Assembly (NCBI GenBank): GCA_963736205.1
Contig: CAVTNX010000026.1
Location: 2,956 to 66,955 of the forward strand
Direction: 5' to 3'
DNA length: 64,000 nt
Source of the DNA: an uncultured Gammaproteobacteria bacterium
Lineage (GTDB): Bacteria; Pseudomonadota; Gammaproteobacteria; Steroidobacterales; Steroidobacteraceae
Part shown: in pieces, positions 51,801-61,483 of the stretch
Numbering within the stretch: position 1 is the stretch's first letter
Layout: each line of letters starts with the position of its first letter
Made by a program: the position numbers and the translations under genes
Notes under the pieces: model-generated
Told to the model about the DNA's origin: nothing
The model's database searches: none
Seen by the model: only the letters and a program-made list of their open reading frames with translations

Positions 51801-53104
51801 GCGTTTGCCGCTGTCCTGGCAGCAGCACCCGTGAGCTCACGCAAGGATTCCGCGACGATAGCCATGCCCTCGCTGACGATCGCGTCCGACGCGGTCAACG
51901 GCACCAGCAGGCGGATCACGTTGCCATAGATGCCGCAGGACAGCAGCACCAGCCCCTTCTGCGCCGCGAGCCTGGTCAATGCCTTGGCAAGATCGGCATC
52001 GGGCGAGTGCGGATCGCGGTTCCTGACCAGTTCCATCGCCACCATCGCGCCGAGGTTTCGCACTTCGCCGATCGCCGGGATTTCGCGCGCCAGGTCGCGC
52101 AACGCACCGACCATGAGTTTGCCGATCGCCACGGCACGCTCGCACAGTCTTTCCTCCTCGATCACCTCGAGCACTGCGAGTCCGGCAGCACAGGCTATCG
52201 GTGAGCCTGCGTAGGTGCCGCCAAGCCCGCCCGGGCCCGGAGCATCCATGATCTCGGCCTTGCCGACGACCGCCGCCAGCGGAAATCCACCGGCCAGGCT
52301 CTTGGCCATGGTCATCAGGTCGGGTTCCACGCCGGCGTGCTCGATCGCGAACATGCGGCCGGTGCGCGCGAAACCAGTCTGGATCTCGTCGATCACCAGC
52401 ACGATTCCGTGCTGGTCGCAGAGCCTGCGCAGCGCCTTGAGGAACTCCGGCGGCGCTATGTAGAAACCGCCTTCGCCCATCACGGGTTCAATGACGATCG
52501 CCGCGACGCGCGCGGGCTCGATGTCGTTCTTGAAGATGTGCTCGAGCGCTGCAAGGCTGTCCTCGACGCTGACCCCGTGGTACGCGATGGGAAACGGCGC
52601 GTGATAGACCTCGGCCGGAAAAGGTCCGAACCCGGCCTTGTACGGAGTGACCTTGCCGGTGAGCGCCATCGCCATGAACGTGCGCCCGTGGAAGCCGCCG
52701 CCGAAGGCGATCACCCCCGAGCGGCCGGTGTGCGCACGGGCAATCTTGATGCAGTTCTCGACCGCCTCCGCGCCGGTCGTGACGAAGATCGCCTTTTTCG
52801 GCGCAGGCCCCGGCGTCAGGTGGATCAGCTTCTCAGCCAGCGCGACCGCCGATTCGTAGGGCGTGATCATCAGGCAGGTATGACTGAACGCATCGAGCTG
52901 CTTCGCTACCGCGGCCTGCACCTTCGGGTGCAGGTGACCGGTGTTGAGCACGGCAATGCCGGCGGCGAAGTCGATGTATCGCTTTCCATCTACGTCCCAC
53001 ATCTCCGCGTTGCGCGCGCGCTCGATGTAGACGGGAAGCTGGTTGCCCAGTCCGCGCGCGAATGCAGCGTCACGACGCTGCTGCAAGTCATGGTTGCGCG
53101 ACAT
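51797..53104 (-). CDS. gabT: 4-aminobutyrate--2-oxoglutarate transaminase (class III aminotransferase)
   Basis: 435 aa. DFAAGIAVLNTGH, DEIQTGFARTG, MTMAKSLAGG (PLP lysine). Confidence 0.85.
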   Translation of the reverse strand: MSRNHDLQQRRDAAFARGLGNQLPVYIERARNAEMWDVDGKRYIDFAAGIAVLNTGHLHPKVQAAVAKQLDAFSHTCLMITPYESAVALAEKLIHLTPGPAPKKAIFVTTGAEAVENCIKIARAHTGRSGVIAFGGGFHGRTFMAMALTGKVTPYKAGFGPFPAEVYHAPFPIAYHGVSVEDSLAALEHIFKNDIEPARVAAIVIEPVMGEGGFYIAPPEFLKALRRLCDQHGIVLVIDEIQTGFARTGRMFAIEHAGVEPDLMTMAKSLAGGFPLAAVVGKAEIMDAPGPGGLGGTYAGSPIACAAGLAVLEVIEEERLCERAVAIGKLMVGALRDLAREIPAIGEVRNLGAMVAMELVRNRDPHSPDADLAKALTRLAAQKGLVLLSCGIYGNVIRLLVPLTASDAIVSEGMAIVAESLRELTGAAARTAANA

Positions 53105-53141
53105 GAGTTCTCCGGGAAATTGCCTGTTCGAATGAAACCGC

Positions 53142-54026
53142 TCAGCCTGGACGACGGCGGGCTGCCAGCCTGTCGAGATAACTGGCGAACCGCTCGCCGA
53201 CGCCGGGGTGCATCAGCGCGAGTTCGACCGTCGCTTCCAGGTAACCGAGCTTCGAGCCGCAGTCGTAGCGGCGACCCTGGAACGCGTACGCGTAGACCGG
53301 CTCGTCGGCTATCAGCGCCGCGATGCCGTCGGTGAGCTGTATTTCACCGCCGGCGCCACGGCCGGTGGTCTCGAGCTTGCTGTAGATCGCGGGCGTCAGC
53401 AGGTAGCGTCCCACTACGGCGAGCGTGGATGGCGCATCCTCCGGCTTCGGTTTCTCCACGATGCGCTCGACGCGCGACAAGCGCCCCTCGACCGACGTGA
53501 CGGCAACGATGCCGTACTTGTCTGTCTGGTCACGCTCGACGGTCTCGACTCCGAGCACGCTGGCCGCCCGCCCGCCCAGGGCCTTCGCCATCTGCCCCAG
53601 GCACGGCTCGGCGGCGTCAATCAGGTCGTCGGCCAGGTGAACGAAGAACGGCTCGTTGCCGACGGCTGGACGGGAGCAGAGCACCGCGTGTCCGAGTCCC
53701 AGCGGCGCCGACTGGCGGATGTAGATGCAGCTCGCGTAGGACGGCACGATGCCGCGCACCGCGTCGAGCAGGTCCTGCTTGCCCTGTGCCTCGAGTTCCT
53801 TCTCGAGCTGGTGGTCCGTGTCAAAGTGATCCTCGATCGCGCGCTTGCTCGACCCGGTGATGAATACCAGCTTTTCGGCACCAGCCGAGAGCGCCTCCTC
53901 GGCCGCGTACTGGATCAGCGGCTTGTCCACGATCGGCAGCATTTCCTTCGGACTGGCCTTGGTGGCCGGCAGGAATCGTGTCCCGCGCCCCGCGACTGGA
54001 AATACGGCTGTCCTGATTCGTACCAT
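53142..54026 (-). CDS. galU: UTP--glucose-1-phosphate uridylyltransferase
   Basis: [37 protein letters not shown] at 54026 with an AGGA SD; an alternative GTG lies at 54047. Confidence 0.9.
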   Translation of the reverse strand: MVRIRTAVFPVAGRGTRFLPATKASPKEMLPIVDKPLIQYAAEEALSAGAEKLVFITGSSKRAIEDHFDTDHQLEKELEAQGKQDLLDAVRGIVPSYASCIYIRQSAPLGLGHAVLCSRPAVGNEPFFVHLADDLIDAAEPCLGQMAKALGGRAASVLGVETVERDQTDKYGIVAVTSVEGRLSRVERIVEKPKPEDAPSTLAVVGRYLLTPAIYSKLETTGRGAGGEIQLTDGIAALIADEPVYAYAFQGRRYDCGSKLGYLEATVELALMHPGVGERFASYLDRLAARRRPG

Positions 54027-54142
54027 GCGCGTGTCCTGCAGATTCACTCCGAAGCTTGTGAATCATAGCGGATCCCGACCCGGGCTCCACGCGGCATTGC
54101 ACGGTGGCCGGCACCGGCGTCCCGGCCACCGTGCGCGGCATG

Positions 54143-54469
54143 TCAGGAACCGTCGGCGGGCTTCCTGGCCGGTGCTTTCTGTTGCGGCGCCGGCTGCGCC
54201 GCCGACCCGACCCGGATGCTTTCGCGGTTAAGGTCAAATACCTTCTCACCGATGCCCTGCACCTTCAGCAGGTCCTCGGGACTCTTGAACGGCCCGTTCT
54301 TCTGCCGGTACTCGACGATCGCCTGGGCCTTGGCAGGCCCGACACCGTCGAGCTCGCGGGCCAGCGTACCCGCATCCGCCGAATTTATGTTCACCGGCCC
54401 GCTCCACGCGACCATCGGCACCAGGCTCGCGACAAGCGCCCGGATCGTTGTCCGGCATCCCTGTTTCAT
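54143..54469 (-). CDS. comEA: ComEA-family helix-hairpin-helix DNA-binding protein
   Basis: 108 aa from the ATG at 54469 (AGGAGG SD). Signal peptide, then INSADAGTLARELDGVGPAKAQAIVEYRQKNGPFKSPEDLLKVQGIG. Confidence 0.8.
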   Translation of the reverse strand: MKQGCRTTIRALVASLVPMVAWSGPVNINSADAGTLARELDGVGPAKAQAIVEYRQKNGPFKSPEDLLKVQGIGEKVFDLNRESIRVGSAAQPAPQQKAPARKPADGS

Positions 54470-54587
54470 GACTGCCTCCTTGGCTTCGACTACCCGCAAA
54501 CCCGGAATGGGTGCGGTCGATGCAAACGTAGCCGAAGGCGGCCGGTGTCGCGCGCCGAGATGCTGGCGAGTTCGCGCAGAAATGCGC

Positions 54588-55772
54588 TCAGTCCGGGGGG
54601 GAGCCCGGGCGAGCCGCCTTCGGCAGGAACTCGAGCGCGGCAATCGCGCGCTGGGTGTCCCATGACTTGCAGCCCGGGCACTGCCAGAGGAACGTCGAGC
54701 TGTCGATGCCGCAGACGCTGCACCGATAGCGCGCGTGGCGCAGCACCACGTTGCGAAGGGCGGCGGCCACCGAGAGCAGCTGGGCCGGGCCGGGTTCGAC
54801 GCCAGGCGCCAGCAAAGCGCAGGAGAGGTCGCGCAGGTCGCTGTCGGTTGCGAGCAGTTCCTTCACGCACTCGAGGATGACCGGGTTGTCGTAGTAGCCG
54901 CTCACGATGGCTGCGTAGGCGATCTCGGAGCGATTGCCGACGCCATTGCGCATCAGTTCGCGCAACGACTCGTCGAACATTTCCGTGTCGCCCGCCTGGC
55001 GCGCGGCCTCGGCGAGACGCGGCAACACCAGCGGCAGCAGGTGGAAGTCCAGCCGCACGACCCGCCGGTAGAGCTGGACCGCGAGAGCAGGATCGCCCTG
55101 CATGCGCGCGACGTCGCCACGCAGGATCGAAACCCGGCCTGAATCCTTCTGCTGTTGCCTCGCCGTGCGCAGGTGCGCCCGCGCCAGGTCCAGGTCGCGC
55201 TGAGCGATGGCCGACTCCGCAAGCTCGCACCAGTGGTGCGCAGCTGCGCCAGGCTGGCCGGGCACGCCGACGGCGCGCAGTCGTTCGTGCATGGCCGCGG
55301 CCTGCGCCCAGTCGTGCTGCAGTTCGTTGATGCGCACCAGGTGGGTGAGCGCCACGGCCGACTCGATGCCGTCCTCGGCAAGCTGCAGGAAAAGCTTCTC
55401 CGCGCGGTCGTAGAGTCCGGCCCGGAAATAGTCGCGCGCCAGCTCCACCAGCGCGGCGTTCCGATGGCGCGGGTCAAGGCCTGCCCGGCCCACGATGTGC
55501 TCGTGGACCCGGATCGCGAGATCGACCTCGCCGCGCCGCCGGTAGAGGCTGCCGAGTGCGAAATGCGTATCGATGGTCTCGTCGTCGCTCGCCGCCAGGC
55601 CGAGGAATACCTCGAGTGCGCGATCGGGCTTGTCGTCGAGCAGGTAGCGAACGCCTTCGAGATACCGTTCGCGCCGCCGTACGCGCCGGCGCCTGCGGTA
55701 CTCGGCATAGGCAGCCGTCGCACCCCAGCCTGTGGCGAGCGTCCCGGTAAACACCATCCAGAACGTGTTCAC
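54588..55772 (-). CDS. lapB: Lipopolysaccharide assembly protein LapB (YciM): TPR plus rubredoxin-like C-terminus
   Basis: N-terminal TM segment, TPRs (LGSLYRRRGEVDLAIRVH), and C-terminal YRCSVCGIDSSTFLWQCPGCKSW. The start is GTG at 55772 or ATG at 55757. Confidence 0.85.
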   Translation of the reverse strand: MNTFWMVFTGTLATGWGATAAYAEYRRRRRVRRRERYLEGVRYLLDDKPDRALEVFLGLAASDDETIDTHFALGSLYRRRGEVDLAIRVHEHIVGRAGLDPRHRNAALVELARDYFRAGLYDRAEKLFLQLAEDGIESAVALTHLVRINELQHDWAQAAAMHERLRAVGVPGQPGAAAHHWCELAESAIAQRDLDLARAHLRTARQQQKDSGRVSILRGDVARMQGDPALAVQLYRRVVRLDFHLLPLVLPRLAEAARQAGDTEMFDESLRELMRNGVGNRSEIAYAAIVSGYYDNPVILECVKELLATDSDLRDLSCALLAPGVEPGPAQLLSVAAALRNVVLRHARYRCSVCGIDSSTFLWQCPGCKSWDTQRAIAALEFLPKAARPGSPPD

Positions 55773-55776
55773 GGGC

Positions 55777-56076
55777 TCAGGCGGATTCCGGTGGTTCGTC
55801 TTCCGGCGGCCGCCGTCGCGATTCCGCCAGCCGCAATGCCTCGCGCAGGCGTCCGCGCTCGGCCAGCAGCCGCGCGATCCAGTTGGAGCGCCACAGCGCA
55901 CCACCGAGGAAGCCAGCCGAGAACGCGATCAGCAGCGCCAGCCCCGAGGACACCTCGAAGCGCACCATTGCGAAGTCCACGGCGAAATGCTGCTGGTTCA
56001 AGGCAGTGAAGATCACGGCCAGGACGACCAGCAGGACAATTGCGATGATTAAGGCGATTCGCCGCAGCATTTTCAA
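55777..56076 (-). CDS. lapA: Lipopolysaccharide assembly protein LapA (YciS-like, DUF1049)
   Basis: 99 aa, two TM helices. Immediately upstream of lapB on the same strand. Confidence 0.7.
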   Translation of the reverse strand: MKMLRRIALIIAIVLLVVLAVIFTALNQQHFAVDFAMVRFEVSSGLALLIAFSAGFLGGALWRSNWIARLLAERGRLREALRLAESRRRPPEDEPPESA

Positions 56077-56129
56077 ACGGACGAATGATTGGCTGGCGGC
56101 AGTCTAGCACCCGCTGGGGTGCATGCCGG

Positions 56130-56444
56130 TCAATGGCCGGGTGCGGGCGCGTCCTCGACGACCGCCGGCTCGTTGACCCGTTCGCGCAGGTCCTTGCCCG
56201 GCTTGAAATGAGGCACGTACTTGCCGGCAAGCGCAACCGACTCGCCGGTCTTGGGATTGCGGCCCTGCCGCGGCGGACGGAAATGAAGGCTGAAGCTGCC
56301 GAAGCCCCGGATCTCTATGCGCTGCCCCTGGGCAAGCGCGTCGCTCATGATCTCGAGGATCTGCTTGACCGCGAGCTCCACGTCCTTGGCCGGCAGGTGA
56401 CCCTGCTTGGCGGCGATGAGCTCGATGAGCTCGGACTTGGTCAT
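56130..56444 (-). CDS. ihfB: Integration host factor beta subunit
   Basis: 104 aa from the ATG at 56444. [40 protein letters not shown]. Confidence 0.95.
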   Translation of the reverse strand: MTKSELIELIAAKQGHLPAKDVELAVKQILEIMSDALAQGQRIEIRGFGSFSLHFRPPRQGRNPKTGESVALAGKYVPHFKPGKDLRERVNEPAVVEDAPAPGH

Positions 56445-56503
56445 GCTGCGCTCGCCGTCCACTCTGAACCTCCCCCGCTGGATCCCTGCCTGTCCGATGC
56501 GTT

Positions 56504-56535
56504 GGTCCTCGCGGCGGCAACCCGCCGCGAGGACC
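56504..56535 (-). terminator. Perfect 14-bp GC-rich hairpin between rpsA and ihfB (partial terminator or RNA-stability element)
   Basis: GGTCCTCGCGGCGG-caac-CCGCCGCGAGGACC (plus-strand reading). There is no U-tract on the transcribed (minus) strand. Confidence 0.45.
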
Positions 56536-56549
56536 ACGCCCGGCTCTTG

Positions 56550-58217
56550 TTACTGTCCGGAGATCTGCTCCTTGAGCAGGTCACCGAGGCTCGTGCCTGT
56601 CGAGGAATCCGAGCGATAGCTCTCCATCGCCTCCTGTTCCTCGGCCATGTCCTTGGCCTTGATCGACAGCGCGATCGTGCGGACCTTGCGGTCCACGGCG
56701 GTGAACTTGGCCTCGACCTCGTCACCGACCTTGATCAGCGTTCGGGCATCCTCGACGCGGTCACGCGACAGCTCCGAGGCACGCAGGTAGCCGTCGATCC
56801 CGCCGCCGAGGTCCACGATGGCGCCCTTCGGGTCCACCTCGCGCACCAGCCCGCGGACGATGCTGCCCTTGGGGTGTTCTGCAATCCAGGTCGAGAACGG
56901 GTCCTTCGCGAGTTGCTTGACGCTGAGCGAAATGCGCTCGCGCTCCGGGTCGATCGCGACCACGATGGCCTCGACCTCCTGGCCCTTCTGGTAATTGCGC
57001 ACCGCTTCCTCGCCCGGCACGTCCCAGGAAAGGTCGGAGAGGTGTACCAGGCCGTCGATGCCACCGGGCAGCCCGATGAACAGGCCGAAGTCGGTGATCG
57101 AGCGGATCTGCCCCGTGACGTGGTCGCCACGGTTGTAGTTGTCGCCGAACTCACGCCACGGATTGGGCTTGCACTGCTTCACGCCGAGCGAGATGCGGCG
57201 GCGCTCCTCGTCGATGTCGAGCACCATGACCTCGACTTCCTCGCCGGTGTGCACGACCTTGGACGGGTTGACGTTCTTGTTCGTCCAGTCCATCTCGGAG
57301 ACGTGCACCAGGCCTTCGACGCCTTCTTCGATCTCGACGAAGCAGCCGTAGTCGGCGATGTTCGTGACCTTTCCGAACAGGCGCGTCTGCGCCGGATAGC
57401 GGCGTGCGATGTCCTGCCACGGATCGGCGCCGAGCTGCTTGAGGCCCAGGCTGACCCGCTGGCGCTCGCGGTCGAACTTGAGGATGCGCACGTCGATCTC
57501 GTCGCCGACGTTGACCACTTCCGACGGGTGCTTGACGCGCTTCCACGCCATGTCGGTGATGTGCAGCAGTCCATCGATGCCACCAAGGTCCACGAATGCA
57601 CCGTAATCGGTGAGGTTCTTGACCACGCCCTTGATCACGGCGCCCTCGTTCAACTTGTCGAGGAGTTCACTGCGCTCGGCGCTGTACTCCTGCTCGACGA
57701 CGGCGCGGCGCGAGACCACGACGTTGTTGCGCTTCTGGTCGAGCTTGATGACCTTGAACTCGAGCGTCTTGCCCTCGAGGTAGCTCGGGTCGCGCACCGG
57801 GCGCACGTCCACGAGCGAGCCGGGCAGGAAGGCGCGCACGAAATCGATCTCGACGGTGAAACCGCCCTTTACGCGGCCATTGATCAGGCCGGTGACGACC
57901 TCGCCCTGCTCGAACGCCGTCTCGAGGCGCTCCCAGGTGCGGGCCCGCTTGGCCTTCTCGCGCGACAGGCGCGTCTCGCCGGATCCGTCCTCGACGCTGT
58001 CGAGGGCCACCTCGACGTCGTCGCCGACTTTTACCTCGATCTCCCCGCGCTCATTCTTGAACTGGCTCAGGTCGATCACGGCTTCGGACTTGAGGCCGGC
58101 ACTTACCACGACCTTGTCGGGACCGATTTCGATCACGCGGCCGGTGAGGATCTGGCCCGGGCGAATGCGCTGACTCGCCAGGCTCTCTTCGAACAGTTGG
58201 GCAAAACTCTCGGTCAT
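56550..58217 (-). CDS. rpsA: 30S ribosomal protein S1
   Basis: 555 aa with six S1 repeats. Confidence 0.95.
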   Translation of the reverse strand: MTESFAQLFEESLASQRIRPGQILTGRVIEIGPDKVVVSAGLKSEAVIDLSQFKNERGEIEVKVGDDVEVALDSVEDGSGETRLSREKAKRARTWERLETAFEQGEVVTGLINGRVKGGFTVEIDFVRAFLPGSLVDVRPVRDPSYLEGKTLEFKVIKLDQKRNNVVVSRRAVVEQEYSAERSELLDKLNEGAVIKGVVKNLTDYGAFVDLGGIDGLLHITDMAWKRVKHPSEVVNVGDEIDVRILKFDRERQRVSLGLKQLGADPWQDIARRYPAQTRLFGKVTNIADYGCFVEIEEGVEGLVHVSEMDWTNKNVNPSKVVHTGEEVEVMVLDIDEERRRISLGVKQCKPNPWREFGDNYNRGDHVTGQIRSITDFGLFIGLPGGIDGLVHLSDLSWDVPGEEAVRNYQKGQEVEAIVVAIDPERERISLSVKQLAKDPFSTWIAEHPKGSIVRGLVREVDPKGAIVDLGGGIDGYLRASELSRDRVEDARTLIKVGDEVEAKFTAVDRKVRTIALSIKAKDMAEEQEAMESYRSDSSTGTSLGDLLKEQISGQ

Positions 58218-58282
58218 TTAGGTTATCTTCCAGGGGTCTCGCGACCCGTATTCCCGCCGGCATCATGCCAACAGGGGTTAAC

Positions 58283-58310
58283 GACAAAACGCCCGCATCC
58301 GTTCGGGCGA
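58283..58310 (-). terminator. Intrinsic terminator after cmk
   Basis: Minus strand: CGCCCG-aacggatg-CGGGCG followed by TTTTGTCGTT. Confidence 0.55.
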
Positions 58311-58318
58311 CGGTACGA

Positions 58319-59002
58319 TCAAAGGGCCACAGGGACCCGGCTTCTGGCGACGGCGAGAATCCGTTCAACCACCGCATCGATCGGCATGCCGGTCGAGTCG
58401 AGGATGACCGCATCCGACGCCGGGCGCAGTGGCGCCACGGGCCGGGTGGAATCACGCCGATCCCTGTCCAGGATCTCCTGGGAAAGGTCGGCGAGATTAG
58501 CAGTAAGTCCCTTTTCTTTCAACTGCTTATAGCGCCTCAGCGCGCGCTCCTCGGCACTGGCCGTGAGGTAGACCTTTACCGGGGCGCCGGTGAAAACCAC
58601 CGTGCCCATGTCCCGGCCGTCCGCGACCAGGCCGGGAGGCGCGGCAAAAGCCCGCTGGCGCCCAAGCAAGGCGGTACGCACCGACGGCATCGCCGCGACC
58701 CGCGAGGCCGCGGCACCGGCCGATTCGGTGCGCAGGTTCCGCGTCACGTCACGGCCCTCGAGCAGCACCCGCTCATTGCCGTCGGCGTCGGTCTCGAACC
58801 GGGTGTCCAGAGTGCCGGCAATGGCTGCATACCCCGCCTCGTCAGCGTCCACCAGTCCATGGGCCCCGCCGGCCATCGCGACCAGCCGGTACAGCGCGCC
58901 GCTGTCGAGCAGGTGCCAGCCGAGCCGGCTGGCCAGCAGCCGGGCAACGGTACCCTTGCCCGATCCGCTCGGCCCGTCGATCGCAATGACTGGAACGTCC
59001 AT
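58319..59002 (-). CDS. cmk: (d)CMP kinase
   Basis: 227 aa from the ATG at 59002. VIAIDGPSGSGKGT P-loop. Confidence 0.95.
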   Translation of the reverse strand: MDVPVIAIDGPSGSGKGTVARLLASRLGWHLLDSGALYRLVAMAGGAHGLVDADEAGYAAIAGTLDTRFETDADGNERVLLEGRDVTRNLRTESAGAAASRVAAMPSVRTALLGRQRAFAAPPGLVADGRDMGTVVFTGAPVKVYLTASAEERALRRYKQLKEKGLTANLADLSQEILDRDRRDSTRPVAPLRPASDAVILDSTGMPIDAVVERILAVARSRVPVAL

Positions 59003-59010
59003 CGCTTGCC

Positions 59011-60312
59011 TCAGCCGACTTGTTCGATGCCGAGGCCCACGGACCGGCCAAGCTCGGCAAATCCGGGAAACGAGGTCGCGACATTGGCGACGTCGAGGAT
59101 CTCGATCGGCGCTGACGCGCGCAGGCTCGCAATCGCGAAGGACATCGCGACGCGGTGGTCCCCGCCGCTGTCGACGACACCGCCGCCGAGTCCGCCACCC
59201 TCGATGCGCAATCCGCCCGGAAGCACTTCGTGGCGAATACCGAGCACCCCGAGACCGCGCGCCATGACAGCGATCCGGTCGCTTTCCTTGACCCGCAATT
59301 CCTCGGCGCCGGTTACCAGGGTCTCTCCCTCCGCGCAGGCCGCTGCGATGAAGAAGGCGGGAAATTCGTCGATGGCGAGTGGCACCAGCCGCTCGGGCAC
59401 GCGGATACCGCGCAGGAGCGCGGGGCGGATCTCGATGTCGGCCACCGGCTCCGCGCCGCAGGTCCGCCGGTTCACGAGGCGCAGGTCCGCGCCCATCATT
59501 CCCAGCATCTCGAGCAGGCCGGTGCGGGTCGGGTTCACGCCGACCCCCCGCACCAGGAACGGCGCGTGCGCGCCGATGCACGCGGCAACGATGAAGAATG
59601 CGGCAGAGGAGAAATCGCCGGGGACTTCCACGTTGGCGGCCTCGAGCCTGGTTGGCGGCCTCAGTGTCACGACCCCGCCGACCGACGACACCTCGCATCC
59701 GAATGCCTGCAGCATGCGCTCGGAGTGGTCGCGAGTGACGGCGGGCTCGATCACGGTGGTGTTGCCTGCGGCGCGCAGCCCGGCGAGCAGCAGCGCTGAC
59801 TTGAGTTGCGCGCTCGCGACCGGCATCTCGTAGCGGATGCCATGCAGGGGCATCCCACCCGTGATTCGCACCGGCGGCCGCCCACCGCTGGTCTGTATCG
59901 ACGCGCCCATTGCTCGCAGCGGCGTCGCGACGCGTTCCATCGGCCGGCGCATCAGCGACTCGTCGCCGACCAGCACCGAGTCGAATGCCTGCGAGCACAG
60001 CAGCCCCATGAAGAGGCGGATTGCGGTGCCGGCATTGCCCATGTCCAGTGGCGCAGACGGTGCCCGGAAGCCATCGAGGCCCACGCCCTCGATCACGACC
60101 TCTCCCGGCCCGGGACGGTCGACCTGCACGCCGAGTGCGGCCACTGCACGCATCGTGGCAAGGCAATCCTCGCCCTCCAGGAAGCCGCTGACGCGCGTGG
60201 TGCCGGACGCAATCGCGCCGAGCATCAGCGCGCGGTGCGAGATCGACTTGTCACCCGGGACGCGGGCTTCACCTGCGATACCGGTGGACGGTGCCACCCT
60301 GTAGCGGCTCAT
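59011..60312 (-). CDS. aroA: 3-phosphoshikimate 1-carboxyvinyltransferase (EPSP synthase)
   Basis: 433 aa from the ATG at 60312. PGDKSISHRALMLGA, LDMGNAGTAIRL, DHRVAMSFA. Confidence 0.95.
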   Translation of the reverse strand: MSRYRVAPSTGIAGEARVPGDKSISHRALMLGAIASGTTRVSGFLEGEDCLATMRAVAALGVQVDRPGPGEVVIEGVGLDGFRAPSAPLDMGNAGTAIRLFMGLLCSQAFDSVLVGDESLMRRPMERVATPLRAMGASIQTSGGRPPVRITGGMPLHGIRYEMPVASAQLKSALLLAGLRAAGNTTVIEPAVTRDHSERMLQAFGCEVSSVGGVVTLRPPTRLEAANVEVPGDFSSAAFFIVAACIGAHAPFLVRGVGVNPTRTGLLEMLGMMGADLRLVNRRTCGAEPVADIEIRPALLRGIRVPERLVPLAIDEFPAFFIAAACAEGETLVTGAEELRVKESDRIAVMARGLGVLGIRHEVLPGGLRIEGGGLGGGVVDSGGDHRVAMSFAIASLRASAPIEILDVANVATSFPGFAELGRSVGLGIEQVG

Positions 60313-60314
60313 CG

Positions 60315-61481
60315 TCAGAGCACGGCCTTCGGATATGAACCGAGCACGCGGCACAGCGACGTCCGCGCCTTCAGTTCGGTGAGCGCCGACGCGAGCGGCT
60401 CTTGCCTGGCGTGGCCTTCCAGGTCGATGAAAAAGACGTAATCCCACTTGCGCCGCCGGGACGGCCGCGACTCGATGCGCGTCAGGCTGATATTGCTGCG
60501 AGCAAGCGGCTCGAGCAGCCGGAACAGCGCGCCCGGCGCGTCGGTGTGGGCCGCAGACACCAGCAGCGTGGTCTTGTCCGTGCCGCTCGGCTCGAATGCC
60601 CTGCTGCCGATGACCAGGAAGCGAGTCGTGTTGTCCGCCCGGTCCTCGATCTCGGGAACCAGCATGTTGAGGCCGTACACGACGGCGGCCGCGGCGCTCG
60701 CAATCGCAGCCGTACCCTCCTCGTCGCGGGCGCGGCGCGCGCCCTCCGCGTTGCTCGCGACCGGCAGGCGCTCGGCCCCCTGCAGGTGCTCGGCAAGCCA
60801 CCCCCTGCACTGCGCCAGCGCCTGCGGGTGCGCACAGATACGCTGCACGTCCTCGAGCGAGGTCATGCGACCCATCAGGTTCTGGTGCACGCGCAATTCC
60901 ACCTCGCCGCACACCCCGAGCGGCGAAGTCAGGAACATGTCGAGCGTGTTGTTGACCGTGCCTTCGCTGGAATTCTCGATAGGCACCACGCCGAAGTCCG
61001 CGGTGCCCGCCTCGACCTCGCGGAAGACTTCCTCGATCGACGTGAGCGGCAGCGCGCGCACGGACTGCCCGAAATGCTTCATCACCGCCTGTTGCGTGAA
61101 CGTGCCCTCCGGCCCGAGGAAGGCGACCTTCAGCGGGTCCTGCTGGGCCAGGCAGGCTGACATGATCTCGCGGAACAGGCGCGCGATCTCTTCGTCCGAC
61201 AGCGGACCACGGGCCTTGCGATTTCGCTCGATGGCCATGCGCAGCACCTGCGCCTCGCGCTCGGGACGGTAGAAATCGACCGTGTGCCCGGAGGCGTGCT
61301 TTGAAATGCCGACCTTCTGCGCGAGCAGCGCCCGCTTGCTGATCAGTTCGTGGATCTGCGCATCCACGGAGTCGATGAGTTCCCGGATACCGTCGATCCC
61401 GGCCGGACCCGGGTGCGACGGCGTGGTCTTGCCCGCCTTTATGGATCGCCTGGCGGTCCCGGGTACCTTGCGCGTTGCCAT
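60315..61481 (-). CDS. pheA: Bifunctional chorismate mutase / prephenate dehydratase (P-protein)
   Basis: 388 aa from the ATG at 61481. CM domain (IDSVDAQIHELISKRALLAQKVG), PDT domain (VAFLGPEGTFT), and ACT domain (TRIESRPS). Confidence 0.9.
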   Translation of the reverse strand: MATRKVPGTARRSIKAGKTTPSHPGPAGIDGIRELIDSVDAQIHELISKRALLAQKVGISKHASGHTVDFYRPEREAQVLRMAIERNRKARGPLSDEEIARLFREIMSACLAQQDPLKVAFLGPEGTFTQQAVMKHFGQSVRALPLTSIEEVFREVEAGTADFGVVPIENSSEGTVNNTLDMFLTSPLGVCGEVELRVHQNLMGRMTSLEDVQRICAHPQALAQCRGWLAEHLQGAERLPVASNAEGARRARDEEGTAAIASAAAAVVYGLNMLVPEIEDRADNTTRFLVIGSRAFEPSGTDKTTLLVSAAHTDAPGALFRLLEPLARSNISLTRIESRPSRRRKWDYVFFIDLEGHARQEPLASALTELKARTSLCRVLGSYPKAVL

Positions 61482-61483
61482 GC

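Noticed and set aside
51797-51840. yybP-ykoY (Mn) riboswitch in front of the TerC gene
   Set aside because: The TerC start overlaps the preceding aminotransferase stop, so there is no leader region.
56085-58532. 815-aa ORF on the + strand
   Set aside because: Antisense to ihfB and rpsA. No recognisable motifs and Arg/Leu/Asp-rich mirror composition, so it is a shadow ORF.
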